A program made the position numbers and the translations under genes. A stretch of DNA of 64,000 nt, taken from the NCBI GenBank assembly GCA_964428905.1, contig CAYSAA010000035.1:281-64280 (forward strand), given 5' to 3'. The notes beneath the pieces are model-generated. The model had not been told where the DNA came from. It worked only from the letters and a program-made list of their open reading frames with translations, and made no database searches. The stretch comes from an uncultured Atribacterota bacterium. GTDB taxonomy: Bacteria > Atribacterota > Phoenicimicrobiia > Phoenicimicrobiales > Stramentimicrobiaceae. Below are positions 1 through 9,658 of the stretch, in pieces (the stretch's first letter is position 1; each line of letters starts with the position of its first letter).

Positions 1-251
1 ACCGTATCAATATGAGCGTCCATGGCTATTAAATGTTTCCCATTGCCGATATAACCAAAAATATTTCCCATGGGGTCTATTTCTATTCTGTCAAAACCTA
101 CTTTTTCCATTTCTTCTTTGATTCTTAAAATGACTTTTTTCTCATTACCGCTCTCACTGGGAATAGCAACCATGTCTCTCAAAAACTTTGACATATCCTC
201 CCGGTAATATTCTGCTCTCTCATTTACTTTGTTGTTAAAGTCAATCATCAT
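1..251 (-). CDS. ygeY: M20-family peptidase, YgeY-like; N-terminal 83 codons only (the rest lies left of the window)
   Basis: Hand translation of the reverse strand from the ATG at 251 gives [83 protein letters not shown]. This is collinear with the E. coli YgeY N-terminus as I remember it ([38 protein letters not shown]). GGGAG lies 8 nt upstream of the ATG. The ORF is missing from the track because it runs off the window. Confidence 0.8.
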   Translation of the reverse strand, partial: MMIDFNNKVNERAEYYREDMSKFLRDMVAIPSESGNEKKVILRIKEEMEKVGFDRIEIDPMGNIFGYIGNGKHLIAMDAHIDT

Positions 252-330
252 GCAAAAATCTCCCTTCTTCTTAGCATAATTAATTATGCAAATTTTATGC
301 TATTGCCAAATCCATGATTAGAAATTTTTC

Positions 331-1701
331 CTACTGTCTCTTCAACAATTTTCCATACCCTTTTTTCCCAATAATTCCCCCTTCTTCTTTGGAATAAATA
401 ACTTCTCCTCTGATGATTGTCATAAATATCTCACCTTTCAAAACTTTCCCTGCCAGTGGAGAATACTTTCCTTTGCTCTCTAATTGTGAGGGGTCTACTA
501 ACCATTCTTTATCTAAATCTATAATGGAAAAATCGGCATCACTCCCTTGCCTAATAACTCCCTTTTGTGGATAAAGTCCATATCTTTTAGCAGCATTCTC
601 GGACATTAATTTCTGGATATCATCTAAGCTTAATTTCCCTTTATGGTAGCCATAATGGAGGATGCTTGGCACCGCTAATTGTATGCCGGGGATACCGGCA
701 TAATTCTTCCACATATCAGGAGAAGATTTTTCCTCAGGATATTTCCCCGCTGCGTGGTCGGTAGCAATAAAATCAATTGAACCATCCTTTAGTCCTTCCC
801 AAAGTCCTTCCCGATCTTCTTTTCTTCGTAGTGAGGGTGCAATTTTTAATATCGCATCCATTTTTATAAAATCCTCTATAGTAAAAAGTAAATATTGCGG
901 ACAGGTTTCTGCTGTTATATCTATCTGGTGTTTCTTAGCCCAGCGGATAACATTCAAACCTGCCTTGGAAGAAAGGTGCACAATATGCAGCTTATTCCCA
1001 ACCTTTTCAGTAATTCCCACTACAGACCATATAGCTTTGGGTTCTGCCTCATAAGCTCTGCCTTCATACCAGCTCTCGGGATCTTTTCTTCCCATTTCCT
1101 GCATAATTCGAGAATAATACTCTACCAGATTATAATCTTCAGCATGTATGGCACAGATTAACTCTAATTCTTTCAGAATTCTAAAAGCTTTATCCATATT
1201 GGGGACCGACATTCTGGGATAGCTTTCCATTCCGGAAATAGTATAAAACTTTACTCCAACCATACCTCTTTCTTTTAATTCTTTTAAGCTTTTCTTATAT
1301 TCGCCTGATTCTACTTGTTTGGGAGTTACTCCTCCCCAGAAGGCAAAATCCACGTAAGCCTTCTGTTTAACGATGCTCAATTTGTAATCAAAGTTGGGAC
1401 CATTAATAACAGGAGGAATGGAAGTACACGGCATATCAATAATAGTAGTAACACCTCCGGCCGCAGCACTTCTCGTTCCTGTTTCAAAATCCTCTCTATC
1501 GGTAAACCCGGGGTCATCAAAATGTACATGAGGGTCAATAAATCCGGGGAAAACAATGTTTCCTTTTGCATCAATTTCTTTTTCCAATGGTGCTGAAATC
1601 TTATCGTACACAATTTCTTTTATTTTTCCGGCATCTATTAATAAACTCACTTTTTTTAATTCTTTATTTTCAATAATCTTGGCATTTTTTATGATATACA
1701 C
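331..1701 (-). CDS. Cyclic amidohydrolase (allantoinase / dihydropyrimidinase / HyuA-YgeZ-like hydantoinase)
   Basis: 456 aa. Carries DPHVHF metal-binding motif, GVKFY (carbamylated-Lys position), ETCPQYL and ATDHA motifs, all typical of the allantoinase/dihydropyrimidinase branch. It sits directly upstream of ygeY, as hyuA does in E. coli. Confidence 0.85.
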   Translation of the reverse strand: MYIIKNAKIIENKELKKVSLLIDAGKIKEIVYDKISAPLEKEIDAKGNIVFPGFIDPHVHFDDPGFTDREDFETGTRSAAAGGVTTIIDMPCTSIPPVINGPNFDYKLSIVKQKAYVDFAFWGGVTPKQVESGEYKKSLKELKERGMVGVKFYTISGMESYPRMSVPNMDKAFRILKELELICAIHAEDYNLVEYYSRIMQEMGRKDPESWYEGRAYEAEPKAIWSVVGITEKVGNKLHIVHLSSKAGLNVIRWAKKHQIDITAETCPQYLLFTIEDFIKMDAILKIAPSLRRKEDREGLWEGLKDGSIDFIATDHAAGKYPEEKSSPDMWKNYAGIPGIQLAVPSILHYGYHKGKLSLDDIQKLMSENAAKRYGLYPQKGVIRQGSDADFSIIDLDKEWLVDPSQLESKGKYSPLAGKVLKGEIFMTIIRGEVIYSKEEGGIIGKKGYGKLLKRQ

Positions 1702-1773
1702 GCCATCACCTCTATTAAACGGGCACTATCATCAAATTTATCGTGCCTTGATCTTCTAAGAATAAACCATTAA

Positions 1774-2700
1774 TCAAGCACTTTCCTTACTATACGGCTT
1801 TCCTAAAAAAGCCGGGACATTAAATTGTCTTCTCACAATAGTTGCCACAATAGTTAAAATATAGGGAAATGCTATTAAAAACTCTTTGGGAATCAGCTTA
1901 AAATTGGAAGTTAACAAAACTACTGAAACCCCCTCAGCAAATCCAAATATCAAAGACCCTATTAGTATTCCCAATGGATTCCAGTTTCCTAAAAAGCAGA
2001 TTGCAAAAGCAATCCATCCTCTTCCTCCAATGATATTATTAGTGAAAAGCCCTAAAAATCCAATGGAATAAAAAGCACCGGCCAAGCCATCTAATGCACT
2101 TGCTCCTAACAAAGTAAAAAACCTGATATGTTCCACATTAATACCAGCCACATCTACTGCTGCAGGATTTTCGCCAGTAGACCGTATAATCAAACCCAAA
2201 GGAGTTCGGAATAAAACCCAATATCCTAATACAACAAGTGCTAACGATAAGTAGGTAATAATATTCTGACTAAAAAAAACGATTCCGATAACAGGAATAT
2301 TAGATAAGAAAGGGATTGAAATATCTTTTAATGGTTCTACGGTTAATGGAAGAATAGGAATTCCGAATAAAAGTTGATATAGGAATAGTCCTAAACCCAG
2401 TGTAAGGATATTGATCGCTACTCCGGTAACAATTTGGTGTTGTTTTAATTTAATCGTAAAAAACCCGTAGACTACTCCGAATAAAACTCCCACCACTAGA
2501 GCAAATAAAAAACCAACCCATATATTTCCAGTCAAATAAGCTCCAACAAACCCTCCCCATGCACCCATAAGAAAGATTCCCTCAATTGCTATATTCATAA
2601 CACCAGTTCGTTCAACAAACACTTCCCCCAAAGAACCAAGCATCAGGGGTGTGCTCATGCGAATGGTTGCAACAAGTAATCCAGTAATAATTCTACTCAT
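1774..2700 (-). CDS. ABC transporter permease (BMP/nucleoside-type, second permease of importer 1)
   Basis: 308 aa, polytopic and hydrophobic. Last gene of an SBP-ATPase-permease-permease set. Resembles NupQ/YufQ-type permeases. Confidence 0.85.
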   Translation of the reverse strand: MSRIITGLLVATIRMSTPLMLGSLGEVFVERTGVMNIAIEGIFLMGAWGGFVGAYLTGNIWVGFLFALVVGVLFGVVYGFFTIKLKQHQIVTGVAINILTLGLGLFLYQLLFGIPILPLTVEPLKDISIPFLSNIPVIGIVFFSQNIITYLSLALVVLGYWVLFRTPLGLIIRSTGENPAAVDVAGINVEHIRFFTLLGASALDGLAGAFYSIGFLGLFTNNIIGGRGWIAFAICFLGNWNPLGILIGSLIFGFAEGVSVVLLTSNFKLIPKEFLIAFPYILTIVATIVRRQFNVPAFLGKPYSKESA

Positions 2701-2705
2701 AAATG

Positions 2706-3824
2706 TTACCTTTCTTGTAGCGCTAACTTTTTCTTGCTTCTTAAAACTATTAGTTTATCTCTAATAAAATAAGATAAAATGACAGATAATATAACAAAAC
2801 CCTCCATGATACCGATAATGCTTGCAGGAATTCTTGATGTTTGCACTACTAAATTTCCACCTACTTTTAAGGCACCAAACAAAAGGGCAGAAAGTACTAT
2901 GCCCAATGGGTGCGCATTTCCCAATATAGCGATACCTATCCCTTCTGCTCCAATCATTGGATTAAATCCCTCAATCAGCATATGTTGCATTCCATTTATT
3001 TCGGTAAAACCCGCAAGACCAGCAAATGATCCGCTGATACAAAAGACTATGATATAGACTATGTTTATATTTATCCCGGCATAGCGAGCCGCATCTCGAT
3101 TATACCCGACCATCCTGATTTTATATCCTAATGATGTCCGCCATAAAATGATATAGGCTAACAGAGCAATCAAAAGAGCAATCACAAACCCCCAGTGAAG
3201 CCTGGTATCAGGGATAAGTGAAGGTAACCAACTACTTTTTGGTATAACATCAGTTTGAGGGTATTCTCCTTTAGCCTCTTTTAAGAATCCTCCAAGCAAA
3301 AAATTCATAATGGCAATAGCAACATAAGTTAACATCATACTAATTAGAAATTCATTTGCATTAAAACGTGCCTTTACATAACCGATAAATGTTGCCCATA
3401 GACCTCCTCCTGTTAAACTCATTGTAAAACACATGATGAGAATAAGATAAGAAGGAATTGATCCTAATTTTAGAGCAAAAGTCACTGCCATTACTGCTCC
3501 TATATAAAACTGTCCTTGAGCTCCGATATTGAATAAAGATGCCCGGAAAGCAAATCCAAAAGCTAATCCAGTAAAAATAAGGGGAGTTGCTTTGGCAAAT
3601 ATATCCGCTATATTATAGATATCAAGAAAGGCATAACTTAGCATATTATAATAAACTACCAAGGGATTATGCCTTAAAAGTAATATCATTAACCCGCTCA
3701 TTAGTAAACCAAACAACACAGAAAATACCGGTAAAAAATTCAGCCAAATAATGTTTTCTTGTATTATTGATGATTGCTCCACTTTTTCTTCTGCCTTGTT
3801 CATCAAATTATCAGCTTCTATCAT
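2706..3824 (-). CDS. ABC transporter permease (BMP/nucleoside-type, first permease of importer 1)
   Basis: 372 aa, polytopic. Its start overlaps the upstream ATPase stop by 4 nt (3821-3824). Confidence 0.85.
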   Translation of the reverse strand: MIEADNLMNKAEEKVEQSSIIQENIIWLNFLPVFSVLFGLLMSGLMILLLRHNPLVVYYNMLSYAFLDIYNIADIFAKATPLIFTGLAFGFAFRASLFNIGAQGQFYIGAVMAVTFALKLGSIPSYLILIMCFTMSLTGGGLWATFIGYVKARFNANEFLISMMLTYVAIAIMNFLLGGFLKEAKGEYPQTDVIPKSSWLPSLIPDTRLHWGFVIALLIALLAYIILWRTSLGYKIRMVGYNRDAARYAGININIVYIIVFCISGSFAGLAGFTEINGMQHMLIEGFNPMIGAEGIGIAILGNAHPLGIVLSALLFGALKVGGNLVVQTSRIPASIIGIMEGFVILSVILSYFIRDKLIVLRSKKKLALQER

Positions 3825-5353
3825 CTGTTTTTTTCCTCTGTAATTCCTGCCATCAGTAATCCGATTTGATCGATTTTTGCATTTTCTCTTGTTAATATTT
3901 TTAATAATTTTCCTTTATAGATTACACCTACTCGGTCTGACAGAGCCATTATTTCAGAAAGTTCTGTCGAAATTAATAAAATTGATTTTCCCTCTTCTTT
4001 TTCTTTACATAGAATTTTATGGACATATTCAACTGCTCCTAAATCCAAGCCACGCGTGGGTTGTACTGCCACAAGTAATTTTGAACCAATTTTAACTTCC
4101 CTTGCAACTGCAATTTTTTGTTGATTTCCTCCTGATAAAGTCATGGCTTTACTTTTGGAAGAGGCAGCCTTAATTTCGAAATTTAACATCAAGTTTCTAG
4201 CATCTTTCTGAATTTTGTTATGATTTATAAATCCATAATGCAAAAAAGCAGTGTTAGAATGGTCCTTGAGAAATAAATTCTCTTCTATGGACATATCTAA
4301 AACTAATCCCTCTTTATGTCTATCAGCAGGGATATATCCTACCCCTTCCCGAATAGTCGATAAAACATCCTTATTGGTAATATCTGTACCAGATAAAAAC
4401 ACTTTACCGCTTTCTATTTCACGCAAACCACATAATGCCTGGGCAAGTTCTTCCTGACCATTACCGCTAACACCTGCAATACCAAAAATCTCCCCTTCAT
4501 GAATAGTAAAAGATAACTCATCAATTACTTTGTTCTTTCTATCTCCTAAAACAACTATATTTCTTACCTTAAGAACTTCTGATTTTTTATAAGCACTATT
4601 ACCATTTGTCCTTGCAGGTGCAAGATCTCGACCTATCATCATATGAGTTAATTGCTTTCCTGATGCCTCCCGACGTAAAACATTTCCTACAAGTTTACCA
4701 TTTCTTAATACAGTAATTCTGTCTGCAATGGCCATCACTTCATTAAGTTTGTGGCTAATGAAAATAACAGAATTGCCCTTTGCCTTAAAATCATGAATAA
4801 AATGAAATAACTTTTCTGTTTCTTTAGAACTAAGAACTGAGGTTGGTTCATCCATAATCAAAATTTGTGCATTTCTATACAGGGCTTTAAGAATTTCTAC
4901 TCGTTGTTGCATACCAACGGGGAGTTGATTAATTATTGAATAAGGATTTATTTCAAGACCGTATCTTTCCCCGATTTCTGTTATTTTTTTTCCTCTATTT
5001 TCAACATCTAAATATCTTAAATAAGCTTTCTCTGTACCTAAAATAATATTTTCTACTACTGTATGCACAGGGACAAGTGTAAAATGCTGGTGAATCATAC
5101 CTATCCCATATTTCATGGCATCATGCGGAGAATGTATCTTTACCTGCTCTCCTTTAATCAATATCTCACCTTCATCTGGTTGATATAGTCCATAAAGAAT
5201 ATTCATCAAAGTAGTTTTCCCGGCACCATTTTCCCCAAAAAGAGCCAATGCTTCTCCCCTTGCTAACGTCAGGTCAATATGATCATTGGCAATTGTTCCC
5301 GGGAAATATTTGGTAATATTTGTTAAAGTAATTAAATTACCTTTGCCATTCAA
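3821..5353 (-). CDS. ABC transporter ATP-binding protein with tandem ATPase domains (importer 1)
   Basis: 510 aa. Walker A GENGAGKTT, signature LSGGNQQK, and a second degenerate NBD (GVSGNGQEE). This is the typical sugar/nucleoside CUT2-type double ATPase. Confidence 0.9.
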   Translation of the reverse strand: MNGKGNLITLTNITKYFPGTIANDHIDLTLARGEALALFGENGAGKTTLMNILYGLYQPDEGEILIKGEQVKIHSPHDAMKYGIGMIHQHFTLVPVHTVVENIILGTEKAYLRYLDVENRGKKITEIGERYGLEINPYSIINQLPVGMQQRVEILKALYRNAQILIMDEPTSVLSSKETEKLFHFIHDFKAKGNSVIFISHKLNEVMAIADRITVLRNGKLVGNVLRREASGKQLTHMMIGRDLAPARTNGNSAYKKSEVLKVRNIVVLGDRKNKVIDELSFTIHEGEIFGIAGVSGNGQEELAQALCGLREIESGKVFLSGTDITNKDVLSTIREGVGYIPADRHKEGLVLDMSIEENLFLKDHSNTAFLHYGFINHNKIQKDARNLMLNFEIKAASSKSKAMTLSGGNQQKIAVAREVKIGSKLLVAVQPTRGLDLGAVEYVHKILCKEKEEGKSILLISTELSEIMALSDRVGVIYKGKLLKILTRENAKIDQIGLLMAGITEEKNR

Positions 5354-5363
5354 AATATCTTCC

Positions 5364-5399
5364 TTTTAAAACAAAATGGAGGGTCGTTAAAGGCCCTCC
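5364..5399 (-). terminator. GC-rich stem-loop plus U-run directly after the SBP gene (intra-operon attenuator / mRNA stabiliser)
   Basis: Minus-strand RNA reads GGAGGGCCUUUAACGACCCUCC followed by AUUUUGUUUU. It sits in the 65-nt gap between the SBP and ATPase genes. Confidence 0.45.
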
Positions 5400-5418
5400 A
5401 AATCAATTTAATTTTGCT

Positions 5419-6417
5419 TTAATCTAACGATTCTGGAAAATGAGAAACAAATTGTAACAGGTCTCCTTCTGCAATCAAATCTTCTGCCCGTTTCACTATT
5501 TCTTGGACTTCTGGCGATACTTCATCACTAAAGGATATACTAATAACCCCTTCGCTAACGCCTAATTCATTTACGATTGGTTCTAAATTACCAGACATAT
5601 AATTGGTTACAATCCATTTATACATATCTTCTGTTCCAAACCAGGCACTTGCAATTACTGTTCCAGGGGCAACACTATTTTGATCGCTGGCAAAGCCTAT
5701 AAATTTAGCTCCTTTTTCTTTGCATGCTTGAATAGCACCAAGACCAACCTGATTTGCGTAGAAGAAAAGAACATCAGCTTTATTGTCAATCATAGAACCA
5801 GCCATTTGTTTGCCCAATGTTACATCATCCCATGAATTTGCATAAGACCTAATCACCTCAACCCTCGGTGAACCAATCCTTGCTCCATATTCAAAGGTAT
5901 TAAGAAGCATGATCATAAGCTTATTTGGGAAGCCTCCTGCAATTCCAATTTTACCTGTTTCTGTGGTATAACCAGCAACAATACCTGCTAAAAAGCTTGC
6001 TTCGTATTCTTTGGGTAAAACCGGACATACATTGGGGGGATTAGCAATCATACCATTAAATACGCAATAGGTAGTATCCGGATAATTCGGCCCAACTCTG
6101 TTTGCTGCTTCATCAAATTGTGTTCCAGCCGAAATAACCAAATCATATCCACGTTCACCATAATTTCGGAAGGTTGATTCAAAGTCACTTGCTTGAACAT
6201 TTTCTACATATTCCATGTTTGTGCCCAATGCATCATTACAAGCTAATAACCCTGCATAGTTTGCAGCATTCCAACTTTGATCATTGATAGGTCCAGGAAG
6301 TATTAAAACCATCTTATAACTGCCTGGATCCTGGGCTATACCAGACATAGTGCTCAAGCTCAATACCAAAATGATTAATAGTATTTGCACAATAAAACTT
6401 GAAAATTTCATTCTCAT
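5419..6417 (-). CDS. BMP-family (Med/PnrA-like) substrate-binding protein of importer 1
   Basis: 332 aa. N-terminal signal peptide with no Cys (MSGIAQD). Overall BMP-family features. GGAGA lies 8 nt upstream of the ATG. Confidence 0.85.
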   Translation of the reverse strand: MRMKFSSFIVQILLIILVLSLSTMSGIAQDPGSYKMVLILPGPINDQSWNAANYAGLLACNDALGTNMEYVENVQASDFESTFRNYGERGYDLVISAGTQFDEAANRVGPNYPDTTYCVFNGMIANPPNVCPVLPKEYEASFLAGIVAGYTTETGKIGIAGGFPNKLMIMLLNTFEYGARIGSPRVEVIRSYANSWDDVTLGKQMAGSMIDNKADVLFFYANQVGLGAIQACKEKGAKFIGFASDQNSVAPGTVIASAWFGTEDMYKWIVTNYMSGNLEPIVNELGVSEGVISISFSDEVSPEVQEIVKRAEDLIAEGDLLQFVSHFPESLD

Positions 6418-6569
6418 AATTAATATCTCCTTTTAAATTTTTTTAGTTTGGATAACACAAATTTATATTCTTTTTTTCACCTCCCATTCTCTTTATTTAT
6501 CAAATTGCACCAATGCTTACCATACAATTTAACATTTTATCAGTTCATCAAATTACCAAAGATCTTCCA

Positions 6570-7124
6570 CTAAAAATTGCTGGGAGTAATGGCAGAAATA
6601 ACAACAAGATCTTCCTCTCCGATGCTGGTTATCTTATGTGGAATACTGGCAATATAGTAAATGGTATCCCCTTTTTCCAGGATGAAAAATTCATCTCCAA
6701 TTTGGATTTCCATCTTGCCCTTTAATACGAAGGTACATTCTTCGCCTTGATGAGGAAGTGGAACGGTACAGGTGCTTGCCCCTGGCTCTAATCGGATTCT
6801 AATCATCTCAATTTGTTTGCTTAAGTCCGGACTGAGAAGTTCAAAAGTTAAGTGAGACTTGGGAAATTGTAGAACTTTGCGTTCATTCTTTCTTACTACT
6901 CCCCTTTGTTTACCATCATCAACTAAAAAGTAAAATATTGGAACATTCAACGTTTTGGAAATTTCTCTTAAGGCCATTATCGATGGTGAGGCTAACCCTC
7001 GTTCTACTTGACTTAAGTAACTGGTGGTTTTACCAATTTCCGCGGCAAAAGTAGCCAGGTTCATTCCTTTTGAAATGCGTATCTTACGAATTTTATCTCC
7101 CAGTACTTTATTTTCATTTTTCAT
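6570..7124 (-). CDS. XRE-family HTH transcriptional regulator with C-terminal cupin domain
   Basis: 184 aa. HTH_3-like LATFAAEIGKTTSYLSQVERG at the N-terminus. Cupin-2 pattern PHQGEE...G....H in the C-terminal half. Confidence 0.85.
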   Translation of the reverse strand: MKNENKVLGDKIRKIRISKGMNLATFAAEIGKTTSYLSQVERGLASPSIMALREISKTLNVPIFYFLVDDGKQRGVVRKNERKVLQFPKSHLTFELLSPDLSKQIEMIRIRLEPGASTCTVPLPHQGEECTFVLKGKMEIQIGDEFFILEKGDTIYYIASIPHKITSIGEEDLVVISAITPSNF

Positions 7125-7313
7125 CTAAGCTTAAAACCTTCATTTTGTAATTTGTAAAATATGAATAGCATTTGTTCATTGCAATAACTTATGTTAACTA
7201 TCTGATATTTTTACTTTGCTTTTCAACTTAGTTAAAAATTTTGGGAATATAGGACCGGCATTTGAGATATTTCATAACTGAATATAGTAATATGGTCTAT
7301 TTGTCAGAATAAA

Positions 7314-7351
7314 TTTATTAAATATTATTTAATTTATTTAATATTATTTAA
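7314..7351. repeat. Tandem 19-bp direct repeat (TTTATTAAATATTATTTAA / TTTATTTAATATTATTTAA)
   Basis: Two adjacent copies (7314-7332 and 7333-7351) differing at one position. They lie in the 267-bp gap upstream of the XRE-cupin gene. Confidence 0.8.
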
Positions 7352-7391
7352 GCACAATTATTAAACAATGTCAATATCTATACTGATCTCA

Positions 7392-8390
7392 TCAAATGTG
7401 CCTACTTTCTTCCTTGAAAGCTTTTACTATTTTTTCCGGGGTTATGGGCAAGGAATAAATTCTTACTCTTATGGCATCATAGACTGCATTGGCAATAGCC
7501 GGGGCAGTGGCAATCGTAGCCGGTTCTCCAATCCCTTTGGCTCCAAAAGGACCCCCTGAATCTTCATTCTCTATCAGCCGCGTAACAAAATGAGGACTAT
7601 CCATAGAAGTAGGAATTAAATAGCCGGTCAAATCAGGATTCAAAGTAATTCCTTCCTTTATAACCTGTTCTTCCATAAGAGCCATCCCGATTCCCTGGAG
7701 AGTACCTCCTTCTATCTGACCTTCTACATTTTTAGGATTTATAGCCTTTCCTATATCGACAGCAGTATAAACATTTAATACTTTCACAATTCCGGTGTCT
7801 GTATCAACTTCTACCTCAACCACCTGAGTAACAAAAGTATATGCCACATACACCTTTTTGCCCTGTCCAGTTTTGGGGTCGGGGGCATCGGTTTGAGGAA
7901 AGAAAGATGCTTCTGCTTTCAAACTTTCTCCTCTTGTTTTCACCCTTTCTGCTAATTCCCAATAACTTAATTTATCATCTGGATTTCCATATTGGAAAAT
8001 ATGGCCCCCTTCTACCCTTAATTCAGGATAACCGCTTCTAAATTCTAAACTGGCATAATGATAAATTTTAGCTAATACCTCTTCAGCCGCCCTTTTAACT
8101 GCATTTCCGGTAAAATAAGTCTGACGAGTCGCTGAAGAAGAACCTGCATTTTTGGTAAGATTGGTATCGGCTGGAATGATTTCTATGGCTTCCGGACTTA
8201 CTCTTAACACTTCTGCCACAATCTGGGTAATTACAGTTAAGACACCTTGGCCAACATCAGCTGCAGCACTTCTAACCAAAATCTTCCTATCCTTTTCAAT
8301 TTCTACTGAAGCAATAGAATGATCAGGGAATCCTTCTCCATAACCAAAACCAAACATAATGGTAGCCATTCCTTTGCCATGTTTCTTCAT
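7392..8390 (-). CDS. Mo-hydroxylase (xanthine dehydrogenase family), C-terminal half of the molybdopterin subunit (NdhM-like)
   Basis: 332 aa from the ATG at 8390; the track ORF begins at an upstream TTG. Homologous to the C-terminal 330 aa of the intact paralog at 21183-23486. Ends with the AKGIGEP catalytic-Glu motif. The ATG overlaps the upstream stop (ATGA), and GGAGGAGGG lies 6 nt upstream. Confidence 0.85.
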   Translation of the reverse strand: MKKHGKGMATIMFGFGYGEGFPDHSIASVEIEKDRKILVRSAAADVGQGVLTVITQIVAEVLRVSPEAIEIIPADTNLTKNAGSSSATRQTYFTGNAVKRAAEEVLAKIYHYASLEFRSGYPELRVEGGHIFQYGNPDDKLSYWELAERVKTRGESLKAEASFFPQTDAPDPKTGQGKKVYVAYTFVTQVVEVEVDTDTGIVKVLNVYTAVDIGKAINPKNVEGQIEGGTLQGIGMALMEEQVIKEGITLNPDLTGYLIPTSMDSPHFVTRLIENEDSGGPFGAKGIGEPATIATAPAIANAVYDAIRVRIYSLPITPEKIVKAFKEESRHI

Positions 8391-9658
8391 ATGGTTCCCT
8401 CCTCCCAACCAGCCATGTTTATCGCTTCTCTAATGGTTTCTTTTACCCCTACACTATGGGTTAATATCTGTTTATTGGGTGTGGAAGAACCAATATCATA
8501 AGCATTTTGCCAACGAAATTGAGCCGGATTAATCCCTAATTTGCAAGCCAGAATATCCATCTGAGACTCATAGGCAAAAGCCATCTGAGTTGTACCAAAA
8601 CCACGCATTGCCCCTGCATAGGTGTTATTAGTGTAAACAGTATAGGCTACTCCTTTGACATGATCAACATTATAAGGTCCGGTGCAGTGATACATACCTT
8701 TGTGCACTACTGCCGGACCGCTGGAAGCATATGCTCCAGTATCACCGATTACTTCAACCTGCCAGGCAGTTAAATAGCCCTTTTTGGTTGCACCAGTCTT
8801 TGCCCGAATAATAAATGCATGTCGCTTAGATTGAGCAATCATTGATTCTTCCCGGGTATAAGTCAGTTTCACTGGCCTTTTAGTCATCATTGCCGCTAAA
8901 GCCAGGTGAATATGGACAGAGATATCTTCTTTTCTTCCAAAAGCACCCCCAATAGCTGGTTGAATAATCATTACCTTTTCTTTAGGAATACCTAAAGACT
9001 GAGCTATATCAGCTTGAGTGTCATGAAGCCATTGAGAAGCTACCCAGAGTTTTATAACCTCATTCTTTGGGTCAAAAAATCCGACTCCTGCTTCCACTTG
9101 GAGAGGAATATGGTCTAAAAAACTTGTTCTATATTCATTTTCTACAATTACTTCTGCTTCTGCAAAACCCTTTTTTATATCACCCTTTTTTAAATAATGA
9201 GTAATTAAAATATTGCCATCTTCATGAATATAGGGAGCACCTTTGGTCATTGACCGCAAGGGATCAGATATTACTTCTAATTTTTCTACTTCAACTTCAA
9301 TTAACTTAGCTGCTTTAGAAGCAATTTCCTTGCTTTCTGCTATAACTATAGCCAGGGCATCTCCCATATAACGTATTTTTTCGCCAATAGCAATAAGAAC
9401 TGGTTGGTCCTTTATAATCAAACCAAAATTCTTCACGGTAGGAATGTCAGCTGCAGTAATGACCTTAACTACTCCCGGTAATTTTTGTGCTTTACTTATA
9501 TCAATCTTTCGTAGGTAGGCATGAGGATAAGTAGCTCTTTTGATTTTAAGATACAACATATCGTCAAAATAGATATCGTCAGGATATATGGCTTGACCGA
9601 TTACTTTATCCCGGGCATCTACTTTATAAACATTTCTACCTACATATCTTTCAGTCAT
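8387..9658 (-). CDS. Mo-hydroxylase, N-terminal half of the molybdopterin subunit (NdhL-like)
   Basis: About 423 aa from the ATG at 9658 (AAGGAG 8 nt upstream; the track start at 9679 is also possible). Has the a/b-hammerhead region plus GGAFGRKE and AMRGFG motifs. Collinear with residues 1-430 of the 767-aa paralog. Confidence 0.85.
   Translation of the reverse strand: MTERYVGRNVYKVDARDKVIGQAIYPDDIYFDDMLYLKIKRATYPHAYLRKIDISKAQKLPGVVKVITAADIPTVKNFGLIIKDQPVLIAIGEKIRYMGDALAIVIAESKEIASKAAKLIEVEVEKLEVISDPLRSMTKGAPYIHEDGNILITHYLKKGDIKKGFAEAEVIVENEYRTSFLDHIPLQVEAGVGFFDPKNEVIKLWVASQWLHDTQADIAQSLGIPKEKVMIIQPAIGGAFGRKEDISVHIHLALAAMMTKRPVKLTYTREESMIAQSKRHAFIIRAKTGATKKGYLTAWQVEVIGDTGAYASSGPAVVHKGMYHCTGPYNVDHVKGVAYTVYTNNTYAGAMRGFGTTQMAFAYESQMDILACKLGINPAQFRWQNAYDIGSSTPNKQILTHSVGVKETIREAINMAGWEEGTI

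Noticed and set aside
895-1161. Numerous 60-160-aa plus-strand ORFs in the track lie inside minus-strand genes (for example 895-1161, 11802-12263, 25222-25542, 28116-28607, 38657-39013, 40776-41084).
   Set aside because: They are antisense shadows of well-supported genes. Their composition is low-complexity and Ser/Leu/Phe-rich, with no recognisable motifs and no ribosome-binding sites.
8387-8389. The TGA at the L/M junction might be a selenocysteine codon, given the selenium link of these enzymes.
   Set aside because: Reading through in the L frame gives RNMAKEWLPLCLVLVMEKDSLIILLLQ(stop), which has no similarity to the family. The +1 frame starting at the overlapping ATG is the homologous one. 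Selenium in these enzymes is a labile cofactor ligand, not Sec.
8380-8410. The two adjacent ORFs 8387-9679 and 7392-8408 could be a frameshifted (pseudogenised) xanthine dehydrogenase large subunit.
   Set aside because: The junction is a clean ATGA stop/start overlap with a strong GGAGGAGGG Shine-Dalgarno 6 nt upstream. The break falls in an inter-domain linker, and all catalytic motifs are intact. The same L/M split is a known natural architecture (E. barkeri nicotinate dehydrogenase). A sequencing error cannot be fully excluded without reads.
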